From the human T2T-CHM13v2.0 reference genome, Homo sapiens, in the NCBI RefSeq assembly GCF_009914755.1, contig NC_060933.1: a DNA stretch of 64,000 nucleotides, one strand, 5' to 3'. The position numbers and the translations under genes were made by a program. The notes under the pieces were generated by a model. It saw only the letters and a program-made list of their open reading frames with translations. It was not told the origin of the DNA and searched no databases. Shown here one piece after another: positions 17,525-33,730 of this stretch. The number at the start of each line of letters is the position of its first letter. Positions within the stretch are counted from its first letter, which is position 1.

Positions 17525-18247
17525 CTGCAACATATTTTTAATTTCTGAAAATTATACTTTGAAAATAAATATTCTAGTAATAAAAATAGGTAACTCAAGG
17601 GACACAGAGATTCGCTTTTGGTCAGAGAAACCATACTTCCCTTTACTGGAAGACTGATTTTTTTTTTTTTAACTACTGAACTATGACAGGAATGTTTTGA
17701 ACTGGAGCACTAACTATGGGCTACTTGTGTATCTAGGCCCTTCCTCAATAAATTTACAATCTATAAAAGAAGAAGAAAACCAGATAATACAACTTGTAAG
17801 TAGTACTGTGAGAGATTTTTAGAGAAAAACGTGCTGGCATATAAAAGGGTCATGAGGCTCTATTGACTCAAACTTGTTCAAGAAGTAAACAAAAGCCTAA
17901 AAGCCTAATGATAACAAAAATGTGCATTTATAAGTATGCAGTTTTAAAAAGAACGCTACATTGATTTTCTGCCACCACTCTCTAAGACTCCCTTCTGTAG
18001 GTTGCTATGCTGGGCTTTATGACAGCTCTAACACCTGCTCCTCCCCAGTTCTCCTTTGCCTAATTTCTGATGTAGGTGTTCATAAAAATCCTACCCCAAT
18101 CTTCTTTGCTTCTCATTTCCATCCTCTACTTGGCAATTCTATCCATTTTACCAGGTTTAAGTAACTATCACTGCTATGTGTTCATGCTCAATTTATCTTC
18201 TTAGCTCCAGAATAGAAGCTACTGTGGATTATTTATATGTGGGTATC

Positions 18248-18249
<2 letters not shown>

Positions 18250-18296
<47 letters not shown>

Positions 18297-18576
18297 TGGA
18301 GTCTCACTCTGTCACCCAGGCTGGAGTGCAATGACGTGATCTTGGCTCAGTGCAACCTCCACCTCATGATTTTAAGCGATTCTCCTGCCTCAGCCTCTTG
18401 AGTAGCTGGGATTACAGGTGCCTGCCACCGTGCCTGGCTAATTTTCATATTTTTAGTAGAGATGGGGGGGTCTCACCATGTTGGCCAAGCTGGTCTCGAA
18501 CTCCTGACCTCAAATGATCCATCCACCTTGGCCTCCCAAAGTGCTTGGATTACAAGCATCAGCCACCTCACTCGCC
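18250..18576 (-). mobile_element. Alu whose tail is a (TG)~22 microsatellite
   Basis: (TG)n 18250-18295; TSD tatatgtgggtatctt on both sides. Confidence 0.95.
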
Positions 18577-19034
18577 TATATGTGGGTATCTTACAGATTA
18601 CCTCAAGCTCAACAAGCACAAAACTCTTCTAGGCAGCAAATCTCTAAAACCTGCTCCTCTCCTACTCATAATTGCCCCATTATCACTCAGGCTTGAAGCC
18701 CTGGAATTGTCTTTATTTTTCAAACATCCTCTTCTTTGATTCTCTTTCTATATGCATTTAGATCTCCTCTTTCAAGTTGCCAAAGGTACCTTTATATTAT
18801 ATCATGTAAATATTTTTGATATTTTACTCTTCTAAATGATTAAGTTGTTTGGTAAAGAACAAACATCCATACTCTTCAATCTTCTATCCTTAGCTTTCAT
18901 GATTGGAGCCAATTCTATGATTTCTTATTCATCCAATCTGTACTTCCAACGCTTCCCCGGCACATCCTGCTGAAATCTCTATGTCAGCCTATCATATAGG
19001 ATAACAGTCCTGTGTTCTTATTATAAAATACAGA

Positions 19035-19870
19035 ATGTGGGGGATTTAAAGAAGACCATCTTTTACCTCCTGTGAAAGTTAAAGGGAGCACAGTCTACAA
19101 GGCCACTCTCACTTCTAACACCAGTTGCAAGTTCAAGGGATTCCCAAAACTACTTTCAGGTTTGGTAATTCACTAGAAGGGCTCACAGAACTCACTGAAA
19201 GGTGTTAGACTCATGGTTATGATTTATTACAGTGAAAGAATACAGATTAATATCAGTCAAGAAAAGGGAAGCATAGAGAAAAGCCCAAGACAGTACCAAA
19301 TGTGAAGCTTCCTATTGTTCTCTCCCTGTGGAATCAGGACAGCATTTCCTGGCATCAATGTGTGACATTGCTTAGGTAGTACTGCCAAGCAGGGATGCTC
19401 ACCTGAGCCTTGATGTCCAGAGTCTTATCCATTACTAGATAGTTGACTGTGCATGTGGCTGTCTTAAGTTTTCAGACCTATAGGACATGTAGCCTGTGAC
19501 TCAAAGCTCCAACCCCACTTTAAATCACATTGTTAATATCTTGCTGGCTCAAGGTCCCCAGGAAAGCAAAGATGTTCCTATCAGGCATGATGTTCCAAGA
19601 GCTAGAGATTACCTCCAAGAAGCCAAGGGTAAAACCCAGACCTTTCTTTAGGCAAGACTAGCCTGGGCAACATAGGCCCCATTTCTACAAAAAAAAAAAC
19701 GTTATCTCATGGTGGCACATGCCTATTGTCCCAGCTATTCAGGAGGTTGAGGCGAGAGGGTCCCTTGAGTCCAGGAGATTGAGGCTGCAGAGAGCTCTGA
19801 TCATGCTGCTACACTCCAGCCTGGGTGACAGAGTGAGAACTTGTCAAAAAAAAAAAAAATCTTTACTATG
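19035..19870 (-). mobile_element. MER21-type LTR with a partial Alu (19660-19859, +) near its end
   Basis: ctcacagaactcactgaaagg...gatttattacagtgaaagaatacagatt is MER21-like. Confidence 0.7.
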
Positions 19871-21039
19871 GACCCTCCTACTTTCTTAGGTTTTCAAGAT
19901 GTGTATGTAGATAAAATGGATTTGTAACTGGGCTGAAAAACCTGTCTTTGAATCTGGAAACACCTGGATGTCTGGTTTTTTTACCCTTGGCTAAGCTAGG
20001 GTCAGTAAGATTTATGTAATTCTGTTTATGTTCTGACCCGGAGACTTTAATACTTACTTTCTTTACTAATGGTTTGCCACTGACATAACCAGGTGAAAAG
20101 CGTGGCTTGCTTATATGACTACAGGGACTTATAACACCCCTATAAGGGCTTCTCTGAACTCCCACAAAGCCAAAATTCCTGGTCCAGATCTTAGAGGTTC
20201 AAATTAGAGACACAGCCTGGTCCCGTGTATGAAAAGAAGGTGGCCCTGGAGAGTTGGGATGTCAAAATGTCTCTTGTACTCCCAATGTTTGCTTGCTTTT
20301 TCCTTCTCTTGCTGTATCACATAATTTGCATTTTTGTCAAAAAAAAAAAGTACACTTTGTGTAATCTGATGAATCCTTTCAAATATATGAACTGTGGGAA
20401 AAAAATATACCAGAGTTTATTACACTTGCAGAAATTTTACTAAGGATTAGAAAAATTTCAAATATCATAACCTGAACCAAGAATTTCATATGTAATTAAC
20501 ACCACTATCTCCTTCATAGTTCAGAAAAGTGATAAGATGAAATTCAATAAATAAGTCTGGGGTTTCAGTAAATATAATGTCAACCACTTTCTTACTATTG
20601 AATAACAGTTTAAATTTTAGTTACTTTTATGATTTTAAGGTACTTCATTAATTTAACTACTAAAAATATTTGTTAGATTGCACACTAAGTTTCAGACTCT
20701 CAAAAATGATGAAAATTAATAAAAACTATATTATAAAGAAGTAGTTGACCACAGCAGAGACAGAGGTATAGAAAGAAAACTGAGCAAGTCTGGTCAGAGG
20801 TAGGCCTGGCACAAGGACCTGGAGAAGGCAGTGTCACCGAGAGCCGGTGGAGGAAATGAGGCTCCATAAACAGAACTTTGGTTGTGATCTCTGGTTTTCT
20901 AGCCAAACTGTCTTGTAATTTTTCTCTCAGATTCCTCAAAGAAATGGGCAGCAATTGTAAAGTGACAGTAATGATTCAGCTAATTACCAGACAAAAACAA
21001 ATGATGACTTAAAAGCACCATCTCTCAACAAGTATAATT

Positions 21040-21749
21040 TAGGCCTTCTATGGTCATGGATTAAAATACTTAATATTGTTGACATGTCAATACTCCTCAA
21101 AGTAATCTATAGATTTAAGCAATCCCGATAAAAATCCTAATGTCTTTTTTTTTACAGAAATAGAAAAGTCCATTCTAAAATTCATGTGAAATTTCAAGGA
21201 CCCAAAATAGCTAAGACAATCTTGAAGAAAAAGTTAAAGGACTCACACTTTCCTGACTTTATAATATGTTATAAAACTACAGTAATCAAAACCAATATAT
21301 TTCTGGCATAAAGACAGGTATATAGACCAATGTGATAAAACAGAGGGCCTGGAAAGAAACAATCAAATATTTGGTGATGTCAGATAAGGATAACAAAATC
21401 ACTCGATGGGGAAAGGGCAGTCTCTTTAAAAACGGTGTTGGAAAAACTGAATATCTGCATGCAAATGAGTAAAGGTAGGGGCTTATCTTACACCATATAC
21501 AAAAGTTAACTCAGATGGATTAAAAGCCTAACTGTAGGATGCAAATCTATACAACTCCCAGAAGGAAACATGGAAGAAAACTTCACAATATTAGATTCGG
21601 CAATGATTTCTTGGATATGCCTCCAAAATCACAAGCAACAAAAGCGAAAATAGACAAATGAGATTACATCAAACTTAAAAGGTTTTCTGTACCAATGGCA
21701 CAATCAACAGAATATAAAAGTAACTTATGACATGGGAGAGAAGATTTGC

Positions 21750-21794
<45 letters not shown>

Positions 21795-23040
21795 GTTAAT
21801 ATTCAGACAATCTAAAGAACTACAATTAAACAAGAAAAAAAATCAAATAACCTCATTAAAAAATGGAGAAAGGGGCTTCAGGAGACATTTCTCCTAAGAT
21901 GATATACAAATGGCCAACAAGCATATAAAAAGATGCTCAATATCACTAATCATTAGAGGAATGCAAATAAAACCAATGTAAATAAAATGATAACTGCTAT
22001 GGAAAACAGTATGCCAGTTCCTCAAAAAATTCAAGACAGAACTACCATATGATCTAACAATCCCACTTCTTATGGTTAATTTTATATGTCAGCTACACTG
22101 TGCTATGGAGTACTCAGATATCTGGTTAAATATTTCTAGATGTGTCCATGAGGATGTTTCTGGATGAAATTAACATTTGAATTGATAAACTGAGTAAATC
22201 AGATTGCCATTTGCAACGTGTGTGGGCCTCATGCATTCTATGAAGGCCAGAATAGAATAAGAAGCTGACCAAAAAAGAATTTCTTCTTTCTTCCTGTCTT
22301 TGAGCTGACACGTTGGTCTTCTCCTGCCTTTAGATTGAAATTTATGCCACTGGGTCTCCTGGGTCTGAAGCCTTGAAACTTAGACCATAACCATACCATC
22401 ATCTCTCCTGGGTCTCCAGATTGTCGACTTTAGATCTTCAGCTTCTCAGCCTCCATAGCACATAAGCCAATTCCTTATATTAACTGGATAACCTAGATTA
22501 GTACAGTATATAACCAAAGGTACTGAACACAGGATCTCAAAGAGATATTTGCACACTGATTTCATAGCAGTACTATTTTCAATAACCAAGAGTCGGAGGC
22601 AACCCAAATATCCATCAATGAAAGAATGAGATAAGCAAAATGAGGTCTATTCATAATAAAATATTATTCCACTCTAAAAAAATGAAGTACTGATATATGC
22701 TATAACATGGATGAACTTTAAAAACATTAGGCTAAGTGAAAGAAGCGAGACACAAAAGGTCACATATTGTTTGATCTGATTTATACGAAACACCCAGAAA
22801 AGGTAAGTCTATGGAAATGGAGAACAGACTAGTGGTTGCCAGGAGCTGGGCAAGGGAGAAATAGGGAGTAACTGCTTAAAGGACATGTGGTTTCCTTTAG
22901 GGTTGATGAAAATAACTTGGCACTAGCTGGAAGTGATAGCTGCACAGCAATGTTAACGTGCTAAATGCCACTGAATTATACACTTAAAATGGTGAATGGT
23001 TAATTTTATGTTACACGAATTTTACATCATTATAAAAATT
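21040..23040 (+). mobile_element. Old L1 (L1MA/MB) 3' part with (AT)n at ~21751-21792
   Basis: ORF2 C-terminal and 3' UTR motifs. Confidence 0.88.
22070..22500 (+). mobile_element. MLT2-type (ERVL) LTR nested in L1
   Basis: atggttaattttatatgtcagc...gtttctggatgaaattaacatttgaatt. Confidence 0.8.
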
Positions 23041-24232
23041 TGACCCAAAAAGTATGATTTGAATACTCTTGATTTACAATAATTTATTATTAAATCCTTA
23101 CATATGGGTCTTCCAGGTTAAGGTTGAGTTCCAGATAATAAATTTAGTAAAATGGCCCTACAACTGTAAATATGCTGCATTTCAAATTGCATGCATATGC
23201 AATTTTGCAAAATAGATAGGCTTTTAAATGTTTGATAAGCACATTCCAAAAAGGCAAAGTCAGTAAAAAAGTAAAGCTCTCAAAATTAGGATTTGACTAC
23301 TTTGTTTTCAAAAATATTGCATTAATATTTAACCTAAAATTGTAATTTCTAAATATCATTCGATAAAAAACCAGATTACTAAAATCTGAAATATAATCCA
23401 AAGAAGAAAGTGCTAATAAAATTAAACTATTTTTTCTGTGTTTTTTGAGACAAAATTAAACTATTTTTTCTTCCCAATTATCTCCTATAGAAAACTCTTT
23501 TCTCCAAGATTATTTACACAAAAGACTGAGAAAACAAGATTATACACACACACACACACACACACGGGTGCATGCACACAGTTTACAGTAAACTACACTG
23601 ACTCTCCACTTGGTCAAAACAATAGTCTGTTCTTGGAATTATTCTGTCTCTAATCTTAATCATTCATTGAACTTTCTCAGTTACATGTCCTATAAGGTTA
23701 TAACCATCATATTCTACTCTAAGGGTGCCAAGTTAGTAAACAGGGGTGGCAATGAGATTCACAGTATGGTCCAAAGAGATTTGATACGGTCTAATTGGAC
23801 ATAGGTATTTGTTTTGCCCTCTTTTTCTCTCTTGCCAGAAAATGTTCAAATTAACTCTCATGGCCTGCCAAAACACTACTTTATTAATGACTTGGTAGAG
23901 CAATATACTTTCCTCATTGAAAGTTTGTAGAGCGGTATACTCCTTGCTGTCAGTGAAACATTCAAATAGAAAGTCCAATGAATTAAATAATAGATGTGAT
24001 AGTTTTATTAACATTTAACTTTGTCAAAAGGATCATTGAGAAGACAGTCTTTTTTCTTGCAAACAGAAAAGCGGTAGAAAGACTAAACACGACTTTTTAT
24101 TATTTCTCCTTATATTTCTCCAGCATTGGAATCCTGATCTACTTAGTAATGCTTTCTCAAAACACTAGCTACCGTTTATGTTGGTAGAACCAGAAAAATG
24201 CCCTAATGTGTCCATAGAAAAGAATTAATTTT

Positions 24233-24583
<351 letters not shown>

Positions 24584-24956
24584 TTATACTATTTCTTCCT
24601 TTGAGAAATACCATTATTAGTGCACAACCGATCACCATAGCTTAAAATCAGATTACAAAATACAAGGAAAATACTTACAATAGGAAAGTTCACCCCTAAG
24701 CATTTCTTTATGACACTTTTAGCCATATGAACTCACCACTATTTATTAGAATGCAATATCTCAAAATAGAATATGGTATAAAACTGATTTTTTCAAATAA
24801 ATACATAATAAAAATTATTAAAATATATAATTTATAAAATCTAAATGTTTACTGATACATGTTGTATTTAATGTTAATATATCCAAAAAGTTTAGGCTCA
24901 AACTTCATAATAGTGACCCTTTTTTCTCAGCTTCCCCCCCCAAAAAAATTATTAAC

Positions 24957-25048
24957 CTTTGTGTATTTCTCTACTTTGTTCACAGATACAAAGGCCAGCC
25001 AGATGGAGCTGGTCAATGTTCCCAGATCTTAAGTGCAGTGACTCAAAT
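24957..25048 (-). pseudogene. Candidate exon (92 nt)
   Basis: Acceptor gcctttttattAG, donor aag|GTtaat; frames FESLHLRSGNIDQLHLAGLCICEQSREIHK (open) or LSHCT*DLGTLTSSIWLAFVSVNKVEKYTK. Confidence 0.45.
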
Positions 25049-25362
25049 CTAATAAAAAGGCATTTGGAATACAGCATTGATAAAGTTGTATGACTGTACA
25101 GGGAAACATTCTGCTTGTAGCCATGAGATATGAACTTCTGTTTACTACTTCTTCTAATAGTTACTAGAAATATGAGAGCCAATAGACCCTTTATTTTTAT
25201 TTCACCCTTTCCTCTGAGTTGTATTAAATGACATTTCGAATGTCAAATGAATCTGATATCTACAGTCAAACATAACAGCATCAATGGTAAATGTGGCCAA
25301 GGAGTCAGATATGTCAATTCTGCGTGAATTAATCTGTTTGTGCAAATGATACTTATCATTAC

Positions 25363-25482
25363 CTATGATCAGCACTTTTAGCTTTATCATATCATAATTT
25401 ACCCAATATGTATAGGTGTCAACATGTGTGAAGATAGGCACCAGATAAGCAAGACTCATTAAGATGTTGCCATAGATTAATC
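25363..25482 (-). pseudogene. Candidate exon (120 nt, symmetric)
   Basis: Acceptor cttctactctgtAG, donor tag|GTaatg; open frame GLIYGNILMSLAYLVPIFTHVDTYTYWVNYDMIKLKVLII. Confidence 0.5.
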
Positions 25483-26964
25483 CTACAGAGTAGAAGCATT
25501 TGGCTGCTCTGATTTTTAAGATCCCTGCTTTAGAGCCTAGAAAATATCATGAAAATGAATTAATCATTTTTCTTTTCAGTATCGTCAACAACCTCTAGTA
25601 TTGGAGATGTTATAGGAAATGACTACCTGCTTGTAATTCCATTTTTAGTCAAAACTAATACAGAAGTATTTGCTAGATTTGGAAATACCCAAATGTAAGT
25701 CAGTGGCCTAATCTCTAACGGGTTTAATAGCCTATTTTAGATGAGATCTTTTCCAGTAAGTGTTGTCTTCCAGATTTTCATGTCCTCTCGCTAATGTTTT
25801 CCAAGGTGGAATTTGGGCATATGAGGGCTCATGTAAATTCATGGCATTGGGTGGGTGGAGAGAGTTTCTTGGGACATATGAGTATCTGTGTTGGTCTCCA
25901 CTGGTCAGGTCCTTCAGTCCTTAGATCCTTAGATGACATCACTAAGGTATAGTTAATCTATACTTAATCACAGGTGTTTTTTTTAACACCACTTCCAAAG
26001 TCTGTGGTTGCTACGTCCCACTGGCCATTCAGTTGGCATAGGCCATATTCCCAGAAACAAGTACATCGCCCTTTGCTGATGGGTGCCACATCATTTCTGC
26101 TGATGCTATAGGCACTCCAAACTCTGATTGTAAGGCCTACCTGATTGCTGGCATTGAGTAGCATTGCTGCCCTTGACTACAGACTCAATTAACTTCCTGA
26201 TCATTTCCTCTGTTAATTTGTACCCAGATTCTCAGCTAATATATGTGTTGTCTTGAAAGACATGTGAAAAACTCTGTGCCAGAGGGAAAAGAAGAGCTCT
26301 GGATGGTCTCACTCTGGTAATCAAATGCTTCCACTTCCACTCACAAGTCATTGGGCAGAATTAGTTACATAGTTCCACCCTACCTCAAGTGGACAGGAAT
26401 TACAATCATGCTGTGTACCTGAAAGGGAAAAGAACTGGAAACATTTGTTGAACAGGCTGCCACAAGTACCCTGCCAAGTGATCTCCCTTCAAAAACTCAA
26501 GTAGGAAGCTAAATTAAAGTCATCATCTCTTCTTCACTTGTTCCTCAGTGTAACTAAGAAGACTTGACTTCTGGGACTTTAGCTCTGATAGAGGAGTTTA
26601 GATATGTGTCTCACCTCCTGAACTTTCTGCCTTCATCCCCTTTTCATTCTCATAATCTGTCATGACCAGAAAAAGGGGACGCCTTTTCTGGGCTGATGTG
26701 GAACTACATGGCCTCTTATTCTCCTCTTTTTGGATTGGTATTGCAATAAGGTAAAATGATGGCTAGGGAACATGATTTACTAAGAAGAAGAATATTAAAC
26801 ATATTTACTATTTTCAAATATGATCCTGTTACATCTGAGTTTATACTCCATACAGCATTTTATGTACAATATTTCCTACAATATTGTCACAAACATTACA
26901 AACCTAACAATAAGCTTTTATTCACTTTGTTTAACTTATTATTTGCTGATGATGCTTTACTCAC

Positions 26965-27080
26965 TCCCTCTGGGAAGGTCTGCCTTCTTTCCCAATCGTA
27001 TGTGGACATCTTTACAAGGCAATTCGAGTTCTTAAATGTTTGTATATCAAATTCTGTTTCTTTTGAAAATAATTTTATGT
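26965..27080 (-). pseudogene. Candidate exon (116 nt)
   Basis: Consensus donor gga|GTGAGT; open frame IKLFSKETEFDIQTFKNSNCLVKMSTYDWERRQTFPEG; weaker acceptor cacctaAG. Confidence 0.45.
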
Positions 27081-28356
27081 CTTAGGTGATATGTGAATAG
27101 ATTTATAAAGTTATTAATTCAATAGCCCATAATGAACCTTTGGGACATACACCATGACATATTTGTTCAACAATTTTAAATTATTTCTTAATATTATAGA
27201 TTATCGTGATGAAGCATATTAATCCTACAGTCTTTTCATCTCCCTGTAGTCTTCAATTCAGCATTAATGGAGAGATTTTCAAGCACCACAGGACTTGATG
27301 CAGCTAACTTGAAGATAAGCTTTTGGGGAGTTTCCTGTTATCTTTGCACAGTGGCCTTTGTGAGTAGGCCCTTTCCATGTTGTTAGATTCTCTCTAAGAA
27401 ACACATGTATTAGAAACACTATAACTGTCTCTACTATGAAGATCTAATGCCACTCCTTTGCTCATAATGTATGTGCTCAACTAAAAATGTTTCTTTGACA
27501 ATGCACTAAGATTCTTCTAAAGCCTATAGAACATATTATCATTGCATCTATGTAAGAATACCATTCAAAGGAGCAATGAAACAAAAAGTTGATTCTTTGA
27601 AAAGAGAAACAAAATTGATAAACTGCTAGCAACCAAGAAAAGAGAAGAGACAAAATCAGAAATGAAAAGAAGACTTACAAGTGATACCACAGAAAACCAA
27701 AATTTCATCTGTGACTATTATGAACAACTACATGCTCACAAACCAAAAAAATCCCGAGGAAATGGCTAAATTCCTGGAAACATACAACCTCCTAAGATTG
27801 AAGAAGGAAGAAACTGAAAACCTGAATAGACCAATAATGAGTAGCAGGATTGAATCAGTAATAAATACATTTCCCATGAAAAAAAAAAGTCCAGGACCTG
27901 ATGGATTCATAGCTGAATTCCATAAAATGAACAAAGAAGAACTAATACCAATCTTCCTGAAACTGTTCCAAATAATCTGGGAGGAGGGACTTCTTCATTC
28001 CTCATGTAACAAGGCCAGTATCACTCTGATACTAAAACCAGACAAAGACAAAACAAAACAAAAAAAGAAAACTACATGCCAATATCTCTGATAAACATAG
28101 ACGCAAATATCCTCAACAAAATACTAGCAAATGGAATTCAAGAGCACATCAAAAAGGTAATACACCATGATCAAGTGGGTTGTACATAAGGAATGGAAGG
28201 ATAGTTCAACATATGCAAATTAATAAATGTGATACATCACGAAAATAGAATGAAGGATTAAAAACCTCAATAGATGCAGAAAAATCACTTGACATCCTTT
28301 TCAATAAACGGTGCTGGGAAATTAGATAGCCATATGCAGGAAAATAAAACAGAACC

Positions 28357-28839
28357 TGAGAGGTGAAGCCAGCTGGACTTCCTGGGTCGAGTGAGGATTT
28401 GGAGAACTTTTCTGTCTTAAAAGAGGATCGTAAATCAGCGCTCTGTAGCTAGCAAGAGGATTGTAAAATGCACCAATCAACGCTCTGTAAAATGCACCAA
28501 TCAGTGCTCTGTAAAACGCACCAATCAGCAGTAGCTAAAAGTAGCCAATCACAGGGAGGATTGAAAAAAGGGCACTCTGATAGGACAAAAACCAAACATG
28601 GGCAGGGACAAATAAGGGAATAAAAGCTGGCCACCTCAGCTGGCAGTGGCAATCTGCTTGGGTTACCTTCTATGCGTGGAAGCTGTGTTCTTTCGCTTTT
28701 CACAGTGAATCTTGCTGCTGCTCACTCTTTGGGTCCGTGCCACCTTTAAAAGCTGTAACACTCACCGTGAAAGTCTGTGACTTCATTCTTGAAGTCAGTG
28801 AGACCACCAACCCACTGGCAGGAACCAAATCTGGACACA
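28357..28839 (+). mobile_element. LTR12-family (ERV9) solo LTR
   Basis: tgagaggtgaagccagctggacttcctgggtcgagt start; tandem tgtaaaatgcaccaatcagc units; ends ctggacaca. Confidence 0.92.
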
Positions 28840-29200
28840 GACCCTTATCTCTCACCATATGCAAAAATCAACTTAAGATGTATTAAAGACTTAAATGTAA
28901 GACCCAAAGCTATCAAAATACTAAAAACCTTGAGAAAATTCTTCTGGACATTGGTCTAGGCAAAGAATTTATGACTTAAGACCTAAAAGGACAGGGAATA
29001 AAACCAAAATTAGACAAATGGGACAATTAAACTAAAAAGCTTCTGCACAGCAAAAGAAATAACCAGGTGTGTAAACAGGCAATAAGAGAATAGGAGAAAA
29101 TATTTGAAAACTATTTATCCCATAGGGGACTAATATCCAGAATATAGAAGAAGCTCAAACGACTCCCTCAACAAACAACAACAACAAAAAGCGCAAACAA

Positions 29201-29533
<333 letters not shown>

Positions 29534-30836
29534 TTAAAAGTGGTCAAAGGATATAAATAGACATTTTTCAAAAGAAGACACACAAATGGCCAGCATGGGC
29601 ATATAAAAAAAATGCTCAACACTAATCATCAGAGAAATGTAAATTAAAACCATAATAAGATATCATCTTCATTAAAATGGCTATTATTAAAAAGATAAAA
29701 TGTCTCATCTGCTATGTTGGTGAGGATATGGAGAAAAAGGAATGTTTATATGCTGTTGATGGGAATGTAAATTAGTACAACCTTTATTGAAAATAGAGAT
29801 TTCCCAAAGAACTAAAACTAGAACGACTGTTCGATCCCACAACCTCACTACTGGGTATCTACTCAAAGGAAAATAAATCAATATATCAAAGAGGTACCTG
29901 CACTCATGTTTCTTGCAGCACTATTCACAATAGAAAAGATATAGAATCAACCTAAGGGACCACCAGTGGATGACTGGATAAAGAACATGTGGTATATATA
30001 CCTGATAGAATTCTATTCAGCCACAAAAAGAATGAAATCACGTATTTTGCAGCAACATGGTTGGAACTGGAGGTCATTATCTTAAGCGAAATAAGCCAGA
30101 TATAGAAAAATATCGCTCATAAGTGAGTGCTAAAAAAAGTGTCTGCCTGGATGTAGACAGTGGAATGATAGGCAGTGGGGACTCAGAATTGTGGGGGGAT
30201 GATGAGAAATTACTAATGGGTACAATCTACAGCATTTGGGTGATGGATACCCTAAAAGCTCTGCCTTGACCACTATGTATGTAACAAAATTGCACTTGTT
30301 ACCCATAAATTCATACAAATTAAAAAATATATAAGACAAATGTAACCATGCTTTCTTCAAAAAAACAAAAACGAGGTAATCCCCATTGTAGTCCCAAAGA
30401 TGGGAGGAGAGAGGCTCATCCAAGAAGGCCAGAGAGGGCTGGATGTACCCTGCTTCCAAATCTGCTGTCTCTCCCACACCCCTTACAACAGACCCTTTGC
30501 TCTCCCTTCTACCTCCCCGTTCTCAGAGGCTTCCCTTTCTCTATTTCTCATCTGTCCCCTAAAAAGGAAGGCAGAAGATTCCAATTCCTTGTACCCTTAG
30601 GTACTTGGAGCAGAATGAAGTAAATTTAGTGAATCATTTGCAACTCTGTACTTCTTGGGTGCACTTCAAATATCAACAAGAACATTTATTCTGTGGAATA
30701 GACTGGTTTAATTTCGGCCTTTTACCTCAACTTTCAGCCGTCTGAAATTGTGTAGACTTTTCCAAACTGTGTTCATGTGCCACCCTGACCTACTGCCTAT
30801 CCCTGCAATTGGATGGGCCTTAAGAACCCAGCTCCA

Positions 30837-31191
<355 letters not shown>

Positions 31192-32276
31192 CTATGCATC
31201 CAAGAGGTGCCTTCTTCCCAGCAGCTATCACTCTAGTGGAACAAAGCACCAGGTTTCTTCTCTAATTACTTCTATCAGTAAATAATTTCCAGGCACCTAA
31301 GAGTTTAGATTTAGCCATGTCTTTGAGGACTGTAATTTTTCCCTAATTTGTGCTTTCTGTAATAATAATTAGGGATTTATTGCTTATATTAAAAACTCAT
31401 CAGAACTCTAATTGAAAAGGTTAACTACTTCTCATGAGTTCAAGTTGGGAATTACTATTCAAATTCACTGACAACTTAAAATGTAAGATAATTTTCTTTC
31501 CTACCGTGCAGGTCCTTCATGTGATAAGGATTTTACTTTTGCCAAACAGAAGTTCCTAGAACATCCTGGGAATATGGCATTTTAGAAGAAAAACAATAAG
31601 CAATTACTTAAAGCGAATTTAACATTCAGAACAAAACAGTGTTTCATTTGATTGATACATATTTTGTTTTTACCTTGAAGAACGTACCACAAAAGAAGGG
31701 TCACAGCAATGAGATATAACTTCACTTAACTTTTCAAACTGATACTGTCCAAATATTTAATAATATTCTGTTGATTAACACAGTGCTTTTAAAACTATGG
31801 ATAGGAAAAGCATATTTCTTGTAGTTATATGTCTTGGAATAATATATAAATCACACATCAGCCTTAAATATTACTGCTTAGCAGAAGACAATCATAAAAA
31901 GAATTTTATCAATTTAAATTAGAATACTAAATAATCCAGTAAAGCTAGCATTTGCAGAACACTTGGTGTGTTACACATAAATATTCAATTAATTCACAGA
32001 AAAATCACAAGAGATTGTCAGTTGCATAATGTCACTTTGCTAGTTAAGGTGGTACAGAGATTTAAACCCAAGCCCAGATGCACAACCACATCAGCATAGA
32101 GACAGATGTTATTGCATGTTGGCAGATGAAATTGTGAAAGTGAAATTCCCATGGTTCCAAATCAGAAATTGCTGCCTTAGGGCGTGGGGAGGAGGTGACA
32201 GTCATTTAGACGGCTGGTGGGAAAATTTTAAAAATAACACAAGAGGGATAATTGGCAATGTCATACAAATAAATAA

Positions 32277-32672
<396 letters not shown>

Positions 32673-32954
32673 ATATTCATTCTTTTCTAAATGGTGATTC
32701 TTATGAGAAATACTCATATCCCCCACTAAATGGAGATGTTAATTGTATCAATTTTTATAACAGTGAAATAGTACAGGTCCAGTTCTCCAGCAATAGGTGG
32801 CTGACTAAGCAAATAATAGTGCCTCCATGCCCCAGAATAACAAGCAGCCATGAAAAAATAAGGTCATATTTACTGATAACGTTAATATATATTGCCTTTT
32901 AAAAAGGCAAGATACAGAATAGTGTGCATATTGTGCTCTGTGAATAAAAAGTTA

Positions 32955-33730
<776 letters not shown>

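Noticed and set aside
23184-23205. Short hairpins with 8-9 bp or imperfect arms (also ~39042-39061, ~50879-50906)
   Set aside because: Within chance expectation for AT-rich 64 kb.
26756-27085. Plus-strand 109-aa ORF (also 39950-40288 and 45440-45835) as exons of a plus-strand gene
   Set aside because: No consistent plus-strand splice chain or recognisable protein; the first two overlap better minus-strand exon candidates.
27681-28091. 136-aa ORF (also 713-940, 1342-1539, 13687-13878, 58541-58873)
   Set aside because: Fragments of degenerate L1 ORF2.
28425-28535. Regularly spaced ~23-bp direct repeats, superficially CRISPR-like
   Set aside because: No unique spacers; they are the known tandem CCAAT units of LTR12 in a eukaryotic genome.
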